IMG/VR virus record: IMGVR_UViG_3300033406_000194
Location: 1-47,390 of that record
Source of the DNA: a virus
Lineage: Duplodnaviria > Caudoviricetes
DNA length: 47,390 nucleotides
Strand: one strand, 5' to 3'
A program made the position numbers and the translations under genes. The notes under the pieces are model-generated. The model saw only the letters and a list, made by a program, of their open reading frames with translations. It had not been told where the DNA came from and did no database searches. Each line of letters begins with the position of its first letter. Position 1 is the stretch's first letter. This document shows, piece after piece, positions 8,710 to 18,805 of this stretch.

Positions 8710-9050
8710 TACACTGTCACCTCCACCGTGGTATTGTAAGCGGTCACAACACCGATTGTCGCCGTGTATACGCGGTTACTTAACGCGCTCTCAAAGGATG
8801 AAATGCTTGAAACGTTTGGCGTTTCGAGAACCCTGGCCTGATATAAGGCATCTATGGCTGCCTTATCGTTGCTCCCTGCGATTGACTGAAAAAAAGGAAG
8901 GCCGTCAGTGAGGTCCTCCCAATAATCTCCCTGAAGGAGAGATAATTTAGTTTTAATAGCCTGCGCCACAGCTTCGGTGTCAGAAACAAAGCAGTTGTTC
9001 CCAAACCCGAACGTATAATCACCCGTAGAGGATAGGCGGCGGTACTTCAA
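8709..9050 (-). CDS. Baseplate wedge/sheath initiator protein
   Basis: YRRL...GDYTFG...EAVAQAIKTKL pattern; synteny. Confidence 0.75.
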   Translation of the reverse strand: MKYRRLSSTGDYTFGFGNNCFVSDTEAVAQAIKTKLSLLQGDYWEDLTDGLPFFQSIAGSNDKAAIDALYQARVLETPNVSSISSFESALSNRVYTATIGVVTAYNTTVEVTV

Positions 9051-9062
9051 TAAATCATCCCC

Positions 9063-9995
9063 TTATACTTGGTAATCGCCATATACAAAAATTCTCCACT
9101 CTGCGTCACGCCGTTTTAACAGACCGGGCAAAACTTTTACTTTCCCATTTATTTTTGCGTGGCAATATAGTTCAAAAACGTCCTTTAGTTCCGTTCCGGT
9201 TGTTCCTGCTTTTACCGCTTTTGCCAACGCACTTTGAACCGAACCGAGGTTATATGCAAAACTAACCATGGAATCGAATTGATTTTGTGTCAGCGTGTAC
9301 CCACTGAAGGTTGATTGAACGCTTGGGATATAACGATTTTCCAGAACGTAGTTTAGCAAAGATTCTGCCGTTTCTTCTGTTAGTGGCGCAGTCCACCCAC
9401 TTGGGAGAGTCTGCGTTGTGCTTGTATATCCGTATCCGATGGTATACGTTCCGTCCCCTAGGTTATACCACGTCGCGCTGAATCCCTCATAGCTTTCTAC
9501 GAACTTCAAAAGTGCATTGCTCACGCCCGTGCCGTTGTCTGTTGTTGTTGCGTCCGTGATAGCTGTATATGTAATTGCGGGCGCGGAGGTTGATGCTGTC
9601 ACAAGCCCTGTAATTGCCACTGCATTCGAAAGGCTGTGGCTTCTCAAGATTTCCTGATTCTGCGGCGTTAGATTACCGCTTTCGTCCGTTCCATAGCCAC
9701 TGAGCCAGCCGGATAAATCATAGTCGCAGAAGATCAAAAGAACCTGGTCCCCCACGCTTGGGGCGCTTCCTACATAAGGCGTATCGGGTATTTCGGGAAA
9801 CTCCTGCCATGTGGTTGTCCCGTTGGACTGCACAAGCCGTTCGTTTATAAGCGGCTTGACCGTCGGAAGCCCGGTTGTAGCATCCAATGCCGTGACGATG
9901 CCAATAGTCGCAACGTGCAAGTCCGAAAAAATACTTTCCTTGAACTTATCAAATATGGCTTCCTGCGAACCAGATCTTTGTGGCAACGTTACCAT
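9063..9995 (-). CDS. Baseplate spike (Gp138-like N-domain) fused to GH24 lysozyme
   Basis: GDQVLLIFCDYD...RSHSLSNA spike motif, then YEGF...TIGYG, QNQFDSMVSFAYNLG and LPGLLKRRDAE lysozyme motifs. Confidence 0.85.
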   Translation of the reverse strand: MVTLPQRSGSQEAIFDKFKESIFSDLHVATIGIVTALDATTGLPTVKPLINERLVQSNGTTTWQEFPEIPDTPYVGSAPSVGDQVLLIFCDYDLSGWLSGYGTDESGNLTPQNQEILRSHSLSNAVAITGLVTASTSAPAITYTAITDATTTDNGTGVSNALLKFVESYEGFSATWYNLGDGTYTIGYGYTSTTQTLPSGWTAPLTEETAESLLNYVLENRYIPSVQSTFSGYTLTQNQFDSMVSFAYNLGSVQSALAKAVKAGTTGTELKDVFELYCHAKINGKVKVLPGLLKRRDAEWRIFVYGDYQV

Positions 9996-10004
9996 AAATT
10001 CACC

Positions 10005-11039
10005 TCAGTTAATTGTCCCACTGATCCCTTGCAGCAACTCAGGGATATTGCCGGACTGCGTGACGGTTGAGATTTCGGAATACCATTCATTCCCTCTGGT
10101 GTCCCCCTTAAATGTGACTGATACAATCCGGTATATCCCGGCGGAATCCAGCATGTACGGTGTGCTTACTCCATCTGAATATGACCCTATACTGACAAGC
10201 TGCTGCGTGATTAAATCGTTGGATATGTGAACCAATCCGTACGGCATTAATTTTGGGTTTAGCAGACATTTTGCGCTTACGCCTTGGTCAACTTGCGTTG
10301 GGTTTCCGACTAATCCGGTTTTTTCGGAGAGCTCAACGGCCTGTTCGCCGAGCGGCAGGGTTGAAGAATCATCAGAATAGGAAACCACGTACAGTTTCCC
10401 GCTATCTACGAACCAGGTCCCGTTTGCGGTCTTTGCGATATCGCTCAAGGTGTTTTTTGCTAGACCGTGGACTACGACGCCTTTTGAATAAGTGATAGTG
10501 TCGAAAACCGGGCTTGCGTATCCCAGAGAAACGGCGTTTGTTGCTTTACTTGCAATGTTCTCGATCACGGCACGGGCCGTCTGGCCCTTCTCATAAGTAA
10601 AGGAACAGTATCCCTCGTTAATGAATTGCGTACCGTCCAGCGCTAATATTCTCAGGATATAATCTGTTCCGTCTTGCTTTTCGCGGTTGCACATCAAAAC
10701 AGTGCCATCAAATATCTGCCCATAATTGCTTTCGTACCCAGCCTCAACGACAACGCGGTATCCCTCTTGAACAATCGTGTTTTCGGTTGACGCATTCAGA
10801 TTGTAAATCTCTATCAGCGCCTTGTTGGGATAATAAAGGGCGTACCGGCTTATTTCGAAGGTGCATCTAAGGTCTGATACGTCAAGAACGGTATCTCCCG
10901 CCTGCGCCTCTGCATTTGTGGTCGTAGAGGAAGAAGAAGTCCCGGAAGCGTGAGAATAGATCAGAACACGGTATTTTCTGCCGAAGTTTACAGAGGAAGA
11001 AATAACTTTCCCGTTGGATGTATAAAAAGTATCGGCCAT
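10005..11039 (-). CDS. Baseplate hub protein
   Basis: IEIYNLN...VEAGY...IFDG, TGLVGNP, GDTRGNEWY motifs; synteny. Confidence 0.8.
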   Translation of the reverse strand: MADTFYTSNGKVISSSVNFGRKYRVLIYSHASGTSSSSTTTNAEAQAGDTVLDVSDLRCTFEISRYALYYPNKALIEIYNLNASTENTIVQEGYRVVVEAGYESNYGQIFDGTVLMCNREKQDGTDYILRILALDGTQFINEGYCSFTYEKGQTARAVIENIASKATNAVSLGYASPVFDTITYSKGVVVHGLAKNTLSDIAKTANGTWFVDSGKLYVVSYSDDSSTLPLGEQAVELSEKTGLVGNPTQVDQGVSAKCLLNPKLMPYGLVHISNDLITQQLVSIGSYSDGVSTPYMLDSAGIYRIVSVTFKGDTRGNEWYSEISTVTQSGNIPELLQGISGTIN

Positions 11040-11040
11040 A

Positions 11041-11355
11041 CTACACCAACTTCCACGATAAAACAAAATTACTGATATTATCAACATCTGGGGCAAGAGA
11101 TGCATCGCCGGTATTTATCAGATAAATTGACCCGATGTCCAAATATTGATATTGACCGAGCAGATTAACTCCAACGATTAAAGGAATGGTGGAAACAACT
11201 GCATTTGAAAAAGTGTCATAAATACCAAGCGTCCAATACCCAGCCTTCGCGTTGTAAGATTGCCTTAAAATAAAGTTCAGTCTCCTTGTATCGCCAGGAA
11301 CCGTTACCTTAAATGTTTGATTCGGGGAATTTGTCAATGATAGATATGAGTACAT
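11041..11355 (-). CDS. Small baseplate (plug-like) protein
   Basis: PNQTF...YN...W...IPLIVGVNLLGQY pattern; synteny. Confidence 0.65.
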   Translation of the reverse strand: MYSYLSLTNSPNQTFKVTVPGDTRRLNFILRQSYNAKAGYWTLGIYDTFSNAVVSTIPLIVGVNLLGQYQYLDIGSIYLINTGDASLAPDVDNISNFVLSWKLV

Positions 11356-11358
11356 GAA

Positions 11359-11919
11359 TTAGCCCCCGCTTTGTTCCGCTTCTATCGTTTTCTTATACAG
11401 GTCTGAATTTTCGTCAACAGGAGACATTGTCTTGTTCCCAGAGATTGTTTCATTCGTTGTCTGAGTATCGGACGACTGCAGCGACACGCCAACCGAAACG
11501 GCATTGGTGACAACAACCTGTTGCAATGTGACATTTGCGCGGATTGCATGATGCGTGTTTTTGTCCTTCGTTATGGACAGTTCGGAAATAATCATGTTGT
11601 AAAATGGGAGAACGCATCCGCTGATATTACAACTCACATCCAATACAGTCGCTTGGTTCCACCATTCTTCTAAAACTATAAATGCTGATGCGCTTCTCGA
11701 ACTGTAACTTGAAAATGTACCGCTTACCACGCTTGCTAGGCAATCAGAAACACCCAAATCAAACGTAATTTTTACCGGCTGGCGATAAACATGATCGTTT
11801 ATGTTGGCCCCAGACTGAACCGGGTGCTGCGTAATTTGGTTCGAAAAGCTATACTCTTCCTTGAAAGAAACGTCAAAAATAAACCCAGAGATTTTTGATC
11901 TTAAATAGGCTGTCGACAT
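11359..11919 (-). CDS. Baseplate organisation/Dit-like protein
   Basis: ITQHPVQSGANINDH motif directly after the tape measure gene. Confidence 0.75.
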   Translation of the reverse strand: MSTAYLRSKISGFIFDVSFKEEYSFSNQITQHPVQSGANINDHVYRQPVKITFDLGVSDCLASVVSGTFSSYSSRSASAFIVLEEWWNQATVLDVSCNISGCVLPFYNMIISELSITKDKNTHHAIRANVTLQQVVVTNAVSVGVSLQSSDTQTTNETISGNKTMSPVDENSDLYKKTIEAEQSGG

Positions 11920-11923
11920 TTCA

Positions 11924-13390
11924 TCACCTGTTCATGCCTTGAAGATTTTTTGTTAAAATGATGTTGTCAAAGTCGGAAACAACCGTTTTTGACACTGAGT
12001 TTGCTACGGATTGTGCGTCGCTGGCTTGTGTGTACACCTGAATTTGGGGAGAATAGTCAACTTGAAGGCTTGAACTGTTGCTTGCTGTGTAACTGGATGA
12101 CTGCGGAGCATAATTTGCGCCGTTGAGATAATCAGAAATTACGGGCTGTGATGTTGATGAAGTTGTTGCCGCCGATTCCACGCTTGATACCTCTGCTTGC
12201 TCCGTAGCATAACCACCCCAGTATTCCTTTACCGCATCGCTGGAGTTTTCAACCAAAGAGTCCAAATAGGATTCTAAATCTTCGTCGCTGACAAGGCCAA
12301 ACACGTTCCCTATTTCCATTATCGTCCCAGAAATATTATTTAGAAAATTTTCTGCTATCGGCTCAAATGTTTTGCTTATTTTGTAAGCCGCAATTTCTTT
12401 CAGATATGCCCACGTTAAACTCAGTTTTGAATTTGCGGTATCAACGCCCTCGACCCATTGGTCATTGACCGATTCAAAATCACTCGGAAGGCTTAAGATA
12501 GCCTCTTGATATTCCTGCAACGTGTTAAATTGTTCGCGCAAGGAATCATTTAGTGCAATATCGTTTAAGTCGGAAGTTGTCTTTCCCATGGCGCTCAGCG
12601 TATTATTCAGCTGCCAAGCGTTTTCGTTTGTAATCCAAAACTTCTTGGCCATGGTTTCCACGTCAACATTTGCCGATGCAAGGCTATCAGCCATGTTTGA
12701 TAACGCAACTACAGCGGCAGTAGTGGCGGCTGCAATTGCTACGGGTAATGCAACAGAGGCGGCGGTTGATATCGCTCCTTCGGCTGTTGCCGCCATCCCC
12801 CCTGCTGTCTCTCCCGTGATACCGGCTTGAAGCGCCTTTTCTTCCACAACGCCGGCCTGAAACCCTTTCCCGGTTTCTTTCCCCTCTGCCGCAGTAGAAG
12901 TATATTGAGCCGCTTCATTTGCTGGCTCTGTATTTTTTTTGGTAGGTTCCGTTTGCTTGCCTGGTTCTTTCTTGCTTTTTGCCCCGTCTGTTTTAAACAA
13001 ATCAAATATAGACCGCTTTGTTGATTTTGCAGAATTATCGGCATCGTCAAGTGATTTTTGAAGCCCTTCGAACATTTTTTGAAGTGTTGAAACGCTTGCC
13101 GCCCCGGAGACAAGCGACCCAAAAATATTGCCAGACCCAAGCTGCGAAGATAGCCCGGATATCTGCTTCAATGTTTTTTCGAGGTCAAGTAGTGTGTAGT
13201 TTTCCTGCTGCCTTGATTCGTTCCGCTTGGAAGCTTCCTTCTTTTGTGTATCCGTTGACTTCCTGGTCTGGTCCTCCATGGATTTTTGCTTTTGTTCTAA
13301 GTCTTCCAGCATCTTTTGATACGCCACGCCCTCAGATGAATCAAGTTCAAACCCTAACCCGACTAGGTATTCTTCAATGTATTTTCCCAT
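11924..13390 (-). CDS. Tape measure protein (short, 488 aa)
   Basis: IEEYLVGLGF N-terminus, helical Ala-rich body, position after the tail chaperone. Confidence 0.8.
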   Translation of the reverse strand: MGKYIEEYLVGLGFELDSSEGVAYQKMLEDLEQKQKSMEDQTRKSTDTQKKEASKRNESRQQENYTLLDLEKTLKQISGLSSQLGSGNIFGSLVSGAASVSTLQKMFEGLQKSLDDADNSAKSTKRSIFDLFKTDGAKSKKEPGKQTEPTKKNTEPANEAAQYTSTAAEGKETGKGFQAGVVEEKALQAGITGETAGGMAATAEGAISTAASVALPVAIAAATTAAVVALSNMADSLASANVDVETMAKKFWITNENAWQLNNTLSAMGKTTSDLNDIALNDSLREQFNTLQEYQEAILSLPSDFESVNDQWVEGVDTANSKLSLTWAYLKEIAAYKISKTFEPIAENFLNNISGTIMEIGNVFGLVSDEDLESYLDSLVENSSDAVKEYWGGYATEQAEVSSVESAATTSSTSQPVISDYLNGANYAPQSSSYTASNSSSLQVDYSPQIQVYTQASDAQSVANSVSKTVVSDFDNIILTKNLQGMNR

Positions 13391-13927
13391 ATTCGAGTTC
13401 CCTTCTGGCCTGTTCTTTGGCCCGTTCTTGATTTTCCGACTGGACATTCATCATTTCAAGGATATCAAGCAAATCAACGTAGTTATATGTGCCGTCTTTG
13501 AGTTCATGCTGCCTCCACAGTCCCGCCATAACAGGAGCAAACAACACGGCGTTGACATTTGATGGTTCAGCAACGAAATACTTTTGGCTTCTGGGCCTGA
13601 AACTCAGCGGTTCCCGATCCAGAAGTCCGTAAAAAAATTCAGAAAAGATGTCGTAAGAAATACCATGAGCGGGGAATCTCCGTCGTTGATTCCGATTTCG
13701 CCATCGTCATCGACCACCTGCGGTCTACCTGGAATATCCTCGACGCAGTGTTTGAGGCAAAGCTGCATAAAAACCTGAAGCTGATCCGGGGGCATCGATT
13801 TTCTGTTGCTTTTTGCGAGGGAAAATGGAAGTTTATATTCGGTTATCATGTTGAAAATTGCACATCCATCCCAAGGACTGGGAATTTCGAATGTAAACTT
13901 CCTATCTTTGTAGGTTGCTTCGTTCAT
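13374..13927 (-). CDS. Tail assembly chaperone G (13604-13927) and -1 frameshifted G-T product (to 13374)
   Basis: GGAGG RBS and TGATG coupling to the tube gene; T TTT TTT slippery heptamer at 13631-13637; -1 frame open to TGA at 13374 (PVMAGLWRQHELKDGTYNYVDLLDI). Confidence 0.8.
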
Positions 13928-14367
13928 CAATATTCCTCCGTATGGGTACTCAGGAATTCCCATGTTACGTGGTCACCCTGTTGTGCGTCCGAACGGTCAG
14001 GGCGCTTAATGAGAGAGCAGTAGGACGCCGTAATTGCCGCGCCGTTGGTGAAGTTCTCAGTTATTTTGATAGTGCCGCCTGCCCACACGCTGGATTCCGC
14101 CGTTCTAACAGTGTTGGCATAAGTCAAAAGCCATTTATTCAAGGAAGAAGTTTGCTGAATTTCAAGGGAAATTTTGCATCTCGCAGATTCAACCTTCGTC
14201 ACCATAACCGCGCCGTCTGCTCCCAAATCGGATTCGGTGAGGTTGTCCAAATAGGCAACAGTTATTTTCCCGATGCCTAGACCGTTTACCGATTTCTGAC
14301 CCACGGAGCTGTGAGAAATCACGCATGTAACGTCAGCAAATGAATATGTGGTGTTCGTAGTTGTCAT
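13927..14367 (-). CDS. Tail tube protein (DUF3277-like)
   Basis: TYSF.DV, GADG, QTSSLNKWL, TWEF motifs; follows the sheath gene. Confidence 0.8.
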   Translation of the reverse strand: MTTTNTTYSFADVTCVISHSSVGQKSVNGLGIGKITVAYLDNLTESDLGADGAVMVTKVESARCKISLEIQQTSSLNKWLLTYANTVRTAESSVWAGGTIKITENFTNGAAITASYCSLIKRPDRSDAQQGDHVTWEFLSTHTEEY

Positions 14368-14379
14368 TTATCTTACCCC

Positions 14380-15468
14380 TTATCGGTCAACGTTGAGCGT
14401 GATTGTGAAGGATTCGCCAGAGCCCGCGAGATTGATGCAAACATAAATAGCCGGTGATTTTCTGGCCGTTTTGTCTGCGGTGGAAAGGCTTGTAACACTT
14501 TCGGCCTGGATGGAGTATCCAGTAGAGAGAGTATCCCCGGTGGACAGATCGAGAACGTCTGCGCCATTCCAAACGCCTGCGGCTATAAACCCGCTGGTAA
14601 GAGAATCGTTGCATGCATCGGTAATTGCGCTGGTAATCATCGTAGTTCCTGCGTCGGTCAGCGGAACCTTCGTGTTCGACGTAAGCACGGACATGATGTT
14701 TGCTTTGATGTTTGCTGTAAGGATGTCAATTCCAATCACTTCGTCGAAGTGAGACCCATCTGCCATGACGCCTTTTGAGAAGAACGTATACGAGCTGTCA
14801 TAAGTGCTGTAATAGTTGCAATTGGCATTTGCTAAAATCGTAGCCTGTGCAGTTGTAAGCGTCTCCGCCGTTACTCCTGATTCTGTCTTGAACATCAGAT
14901 CATAGGCCGTATCGGATGCACCGCAGGCGTAGCCCATGATTGCCGCCGCCGCATTTTCGGTCTGAGTGGAATACTGACCAATAGACCGGCGATAGTCCGC
15001 CGACTGAAGCGCCAAGCATACATTCCCAGCGGTCCCGGCGATAACGTCGGAATCGGCGGTAGTGTAAAACAGAACGCTTGCAGGCGTAGCTGATTCGACG
15101 TATGCCGCCATTGCGATAATATCGGCTTTTGCGGCCCCAACAAGAAGGGCTGCATACCAATCGCTGTTTGCTGACCTACAGGCTGTGAGCGCAGCTACAG
15201 CCGTTTCGGAATCATCCTGAACCCCTACCGCGATCTGTGCAGGAGCAGGATTTTGAGCAAAATACAATGTAGCCGCTGCAACTTCATCGCTTTCAGAAGC
15301 AAACCCGGCGGAGATCATTTCTTCCGTGCTGGAATATACCTGAACGCGTTCAGCCGTAGTGATTACAGAGTTCTTGGAGAAAATTAACCCAAGCGAAAAG
15401 TTTTGTGTTGATACTGTTGACGATGGTAAATTTACTGTAATGCTGATAATGTTACTTAGACTGAGCAT
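14380..15468 (-). CDS. Tail sheath protein (DUF3383-like)
   Basis: YFAQNP.P, FK.ESGV, G.MADGSHFDE, KVPLTDAG, ARKSP motifs. Confidence 0.85.
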   Translation of the reverse strand: MLSLSNIISITVNLPSSTVSTQNFSLGLIFSKNSVITTAERVQVYSSTEEMISAGFASESDEVAAATLYFAQNPAPAQIAVGVQDDSETAVAALTACRSANSDWYAALLVGAAKADIIAMAAYVESATPASVLFYTTADSDVIAGTAGNVCLALQSADYRRSIGQYSTQTENAAAAIMGYACGASDTAYDLMFKTESGVTAETLTTAQATILANANCNYYSTYDSSYTFFSKGVMADGSHFDEVIGIDILTANIKANIMSVLTSNTKVPLTDAGTTMITSAITDACNDSLTSGFIAAGVWNGADVLDLSTGDTLSTGYSIQAESVTSLSTADKTARKSPAIYVCINLAGSGESFTITLNVDR

Positions 15469-16010
15469 TCAGCTACAACCCCTTCCTCGGTTTCAATATA
15501 AACCGTTGCCAGCGCAATGGCCGGCAGTTCGTTTGTTCTTGTGACGAGCTGATTAAATGTCGCTGTGAGATCATATCGCTTATACCATTGTCCACCGATT
15601 AATTCAGGAACGTAGAACGCTTCTGGTACATTCGTTACCATCGTGATTCCTAAATCAGATAGCATTGTTCTGATGTCTGTATCAAATAAACGAACGCGCA
15701 TTGTGTCAGCCCATTCAAAGCCGTCATCACCGTAAAAATGCCACGTGAACCGCAGGTTGCGTACGTACTGAACTTTTTGGTACGCAATTGCTTCGTTCGT
15801 TCCGGTTGTTGCAATTACATCTACCTGTTTGTTAATCGCGTCATCTGTTGTTTGGATGCCGTAGAAAATGAAATTCTGTGCTGGATTTCTCAGGCCCCCT
15901 ACGCTTTCATAGTTCTCAATAGGGACAACATTCTGAGAATTAGAGTCGAGGTCAAGTGCCGTGACTGTAATGTCATAGAGCAGGTCCATAAGCGTCTTGT
16001 AAAGGCTCAT
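15456..16010 (-). CDS. Tail terminator/neck protein
   Basis: PELIGGQWYKRYDL motif; position before the sheath gene. Confidence 0.65.
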   Translation of the reverse strand: MSLYKTLMDLLYDITVTALDLDSNSQNVVPIENYESVGGLRNPAQNFIFYGIQTTDDAINKQVDVIATTGTNEAIAYQKVQYVRNLRFTWHFYGDDGFEWADTMRVRLFDTDIRTMLSDLGITMVTNVPEAFYVPELIGGQWYKRYDLTATFNQLVTRTNELPAIALATVYIETEEGVVAECSV

Positions 16011-16399
16011 ATCGCGCCCTCCCTTATCGCCTGCGCCCTTGTAAAGCCCCATTGTCTGCGGTCAAATACATTTGTTATCCTGTATCTGACCTCGTATTCG
16101 GTTCCATAGTTCTCAATGATGATATCTGATATGTTGTTTTTTCCGTCTTCCCTGTTTCTGGTCACATAAAGCTTGAAATCGGGGTCAACGTAAATCTCAA
16201 CATAACCGGCAGCTCGGTCGCCTTCTGAGGTCTGCTCTATTTCCTTGCTGTTCTGCGGGTTCACCATAACACCCTCAACAGTAAGGATGGTTTTATTACG
16301 CACGTATTCGGACTTTTCAAAATGTCCCGCACTTGTCCGTTCAATCGTGATCGTCGATGCAAAATCGGGGTCGTGGATCAGTTCTGAAACATCAATCAT
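16007..16399 (-). CDS. Head closure protein
   Basis: MIDVSELIHDPDF N-terminus, EGDR motif; synteny. Confidence 0.65.
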   Translation of the reverse strand: MIDVSELIHDPDFASTITIERTSAGHFEKSEYVRNKTILTVEGVMVNPQNSKEIEQTSEGDRAAGYVEIYVDPDFKLYVTRNREDGKNNISDIIIENYGTEYEVRYRITNVFDRRQWGFTRAQAIREGAI

Positions 16400-16974
16400 T
16401 CGTCTGCACCCCTTATCACGTAGGTAATGGACTTTCTTAGGGACCCGGTATCAATCAGCGGCTTGTCTGATTTCTTCCGTTTGGCGGTAGACGGGCTGTT
16501 AGGCGCCCATCCGTTTTCTGAATTAACAAACCACTCTTGGACGGCGGACTGCGCGTACAGACCCACATCATGAAGTGGCTTTTCTATGTCGCTCCCGTCT
16601 GCGGCCTGCTTTGCAGCTTCACCCAACAGTTCACCAATATCTTCGCTTGCGCTCTGTATTGCCGGTTCGATGATGGGGCGGGGCGGCACTTGCATCGTAA
16701 ATGATCCGTGTTCGTGGATGTACATCTGCAACGCCTCAGAATATTTAACCCCTTGGTTGATCTCCGGCTGCATTGCTTCCCGAACTCCGCGCGGCCTCAC
16801 GCCGTGAGTGTGGATGTACGCAAGGTCGGCATTCCCAATCCCATCATCTCCTTGGTTCTCGCCGCGTTCGTCCTTGTCTGCCGGGATTCCGACACAGACC
16901 TTTTGGCTGGACAGGTTTTTCAGCCTATCCATAATCCCCTGCGCTCCGCCGTTATGGACTTTGTGCGTTACCAT
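16396..16974 (-). CDS. Neck/virion morphogenesis protein
   Basis: VGIP, IHTHG, VPPRP, WAPNSPST..RK.SDKPLIDTGSLRKSITY motifs. Confidence 0.75.
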   Translation of the reverse strand: MVTHKVHNGGAQGIMDRLKNLSSQKVCVGIPADKDERGENQGDDGIGNADLAYIHTHGVRPRGVREAMQPEINQGVKYSEALQMYIHEHGSFTMQVPPRPIIEPAIQSASEDIGELLGEAAKQAADGSDIEKPLHDVGLYAQSAVQEWFVNSENGWAPNSPSTAKRKKSDKPLIDTGSLRKSITYVIRGADE

Positions 16975-17429
16975 GCGGTCATGCCGCCTGTACCGGCCAT
17001 CTTCGCAAACGTGGCAAGCTGCTGACCGTATATTGTAGCTTTAAAGGTGGAAAACCCGTTTAGGTCGCTTGCAATTGCGTCAGTATCATAGGACACAGAA
17101 ACATCCCCAACGCTTTTTGCGGATTGAACGCCAGCGGCATCCCCATTCTTCATGCTCTTTGCAAGCAGAGCGCAGAAATGGGCTACATACAACCCCATGC
17201 AATAACTCCAAACATCGTTGTATTTGCTATAGGATAAGCTAGCATTTGCCATGCCAATGAATTTTTGAAGAAGTGAGTCTGGAACTGCAGCGCTGTTAAA
17301 CTGCGGAAAATCCGTTGTGAAATCAGACGTTGTGTACGCTGGGTTTGACCCTGAATTTAAATTCGCTGCCGTGGAAACCTCCGACAGCAAGACTCCGCTT
17401 GCAGACGTTAGACTATAAGATTCACTCAC
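16968..17429 (-). CDS. Head-tail adaptor (DUF4054-like)
   Basis: F..DFPQF, LYVAH, SVGDVSVSYD, T.YGQQ motifs. Confidence 0.8.
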   Translation of the reverse strand: MSESYSLTSASGVLLSEVSTAANLNSGSNPAYTTSDFTTDFPQFNSAAVPDSLLQKFIGMANASLSYSKYNDVWSYCMGLYVAHFCALLAKSMKNGDAAGVQSAKSVGDVSVSYDTDAIASDLNGFSTFKATIYGQQLATFAKMAGTGGMTAW

Positions 17430-17463
17430 TTATTACACCCCCAAAAGGGAGGAAGGGTAGGCT

Positions 17464-17718
17464 TTAAGCCTTGCCCTTCCCGGTTGCGGTTGCGGTTGCG
17501 CCATCTTCTGCTGCGGTGTTGGCAGCATCTGCTTCGGATTCGGCGGTTGCGGAATCGGTAGCTTCTCCGACGGCGGTAATCGAGCCGTCTTTGATCGCCA
17601 GTTGATACAAATATGTCTGCGCTGCCCAGGCGGGAAAGTCCCCGACATAGCCAGCGGGAACGGTAAACTCATTTTCTCCATCCGTGAACCGAAACGCTTG
17701 CTTCGAACTGATAAACAT
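17464..17718 (-). CDS. Small head-associated protein
   Basis: GGAGAG RBS after the capsid gene; P.W...YQLAIKDGSI. Confidence 0.65.
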   Translation of the reverse strand: MFISSKQAFRFTDGENEFTVPAGYVGDFPAWAAQTYLYQLAIKDGSITAVGEATDSATAESEADAANTAAEDGATATATGKGKA

Positions 17719-17730
17719 TTGCTCTCCTCC

Positions 17731-18792
17731 TTAAATTCCGTCCCAATAGGAAACGGTCTGAGTGTAGAAGAATTCAACTTCAGAAATGTTTGCCGCATAG
17801 TTTGTGTCAAAGCTGGAATTGCGCGCGCTGTAGACGGTTCTCATGCGGGTCAGGGGCTGGAGCTCGTCCACAGCAACAAAACGCTCGTCGGAGCGATAAA
17901 CGACCATGCGGTCAGTGCTGCCGGTTCCTGCGCCAGTGTTGTACAGAGAGCATCCGAAGACAAGTTCCTCACCGTTCTGATTGGCAATGTTGTTCTGCTT
18001 CAGGTATTCCATAATGGACATATTGGCGAGATCGGTAACGGTGCGGGTAATTAGGGTGTTATACTGCTGGAACGGGATCAGGATATGGTTTGGAATCGCG
18101 CTGTAATCATACCCGGATGCGGCCCAGTTATAGATCAAGGCGGCATTGACGTCCTTCAGGATTTCGGCGGCGGTCTTGTTTGCCCACGTGGTGGATGTTG
18201 CGCCGGAGTTTGTTGCTACCGTGGTTGCAGTGACGCCGGTATTATTCAGCAGCCCGGTTGTACCAAACTTGGAGAATCCAAGGAACACGTTTTTATCCAT
18301 GTGCTTCTCATAATGTAAACGAACGCCGTCAGACAGTAGCCGGTCAAGTGAACGCCCGGTGATGTTCTGCTTCATCATGTCATACTCGTTGATGGACACG
18401 GGCTGCACGAATATATGAGTCTTATACAGGTCTTTGCCAAAGTTGCCTTGAATGGCGGGGGCCACTGTTGCGCCGTTGGTGCTGACGTTCTGGTCGTCCA
18501 GGTCGCCCGCAGATGCGTAATCAATGGTCAAGTTAGACAGATAGTCAACCCATCCGCCGCCGGTACGGACGGGAATGTTCTTAGCCCACGTTACCGTGGT
18601 CAGCGGGGTGCGAATGAGCGGATCGCGTTTTTCCAGCTCAGAAACAAGGAACGCGTTAGGGGATGAACTCGCCGCGTCATAAGCAGAAAGGGCCGCAGCC
18701 AGTCCGGTTGCAACAGAATCACGGGCTTGAACGGCGTAAGCGTTTGCGTGGGCGGTTTTCTGTACCGCCTGTCCAACATCTTTAAAACTCAT
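17731..18792 (-). CDS. Major capsid protein (DUF2184-like, HK97 fold)
   Basis: FLVSELEK.DP, GLLNN, W..KT..EIL.D.N, DRMVVY, Y.DGI C-terminus. Confidence 0.9.
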   Translation of the reverse strand: MSFKDVGQAVQKTAHANAYAVQARDSVATGLAAALSAYDAASSSPNAFLVSELEKRDPLIRTPLTTVTWAKNIPVRTGGGWVDYLSNLTIDYASAGDLDDQNVSTNGATVAPAIQGNFGKDLYKTHIFVQPVSINEYDMMKQNITGRSLDRLLSDGVRLHYEKHMDKNVFLGFSKFGTTGLLNNTGVTATTVATNSGATSTTWANKTAAEILKDVNAALIYNWAASGYDYSAIPNHILIPFQQYNTLITRTVTDLANMSIMEYLKQNNIANQNGEELVFGCSLYNTGAGTGSTDRMVVYRSDERFVAVDELQPLTRMRTVYSARNSSFDTNYAANISEVEFFYTQTVSYWDGI

Positions 18793-18805
18793 TTATTTAT
18801 CCTCC

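Noticed and set aside
17433-17810. Alternative-frame ORF spanning the capsid end (possible capsid frameshift extension)
   Set aside because: No slippery heptamer at the capsid 3' end; the 17464-17718 frame has the RBS
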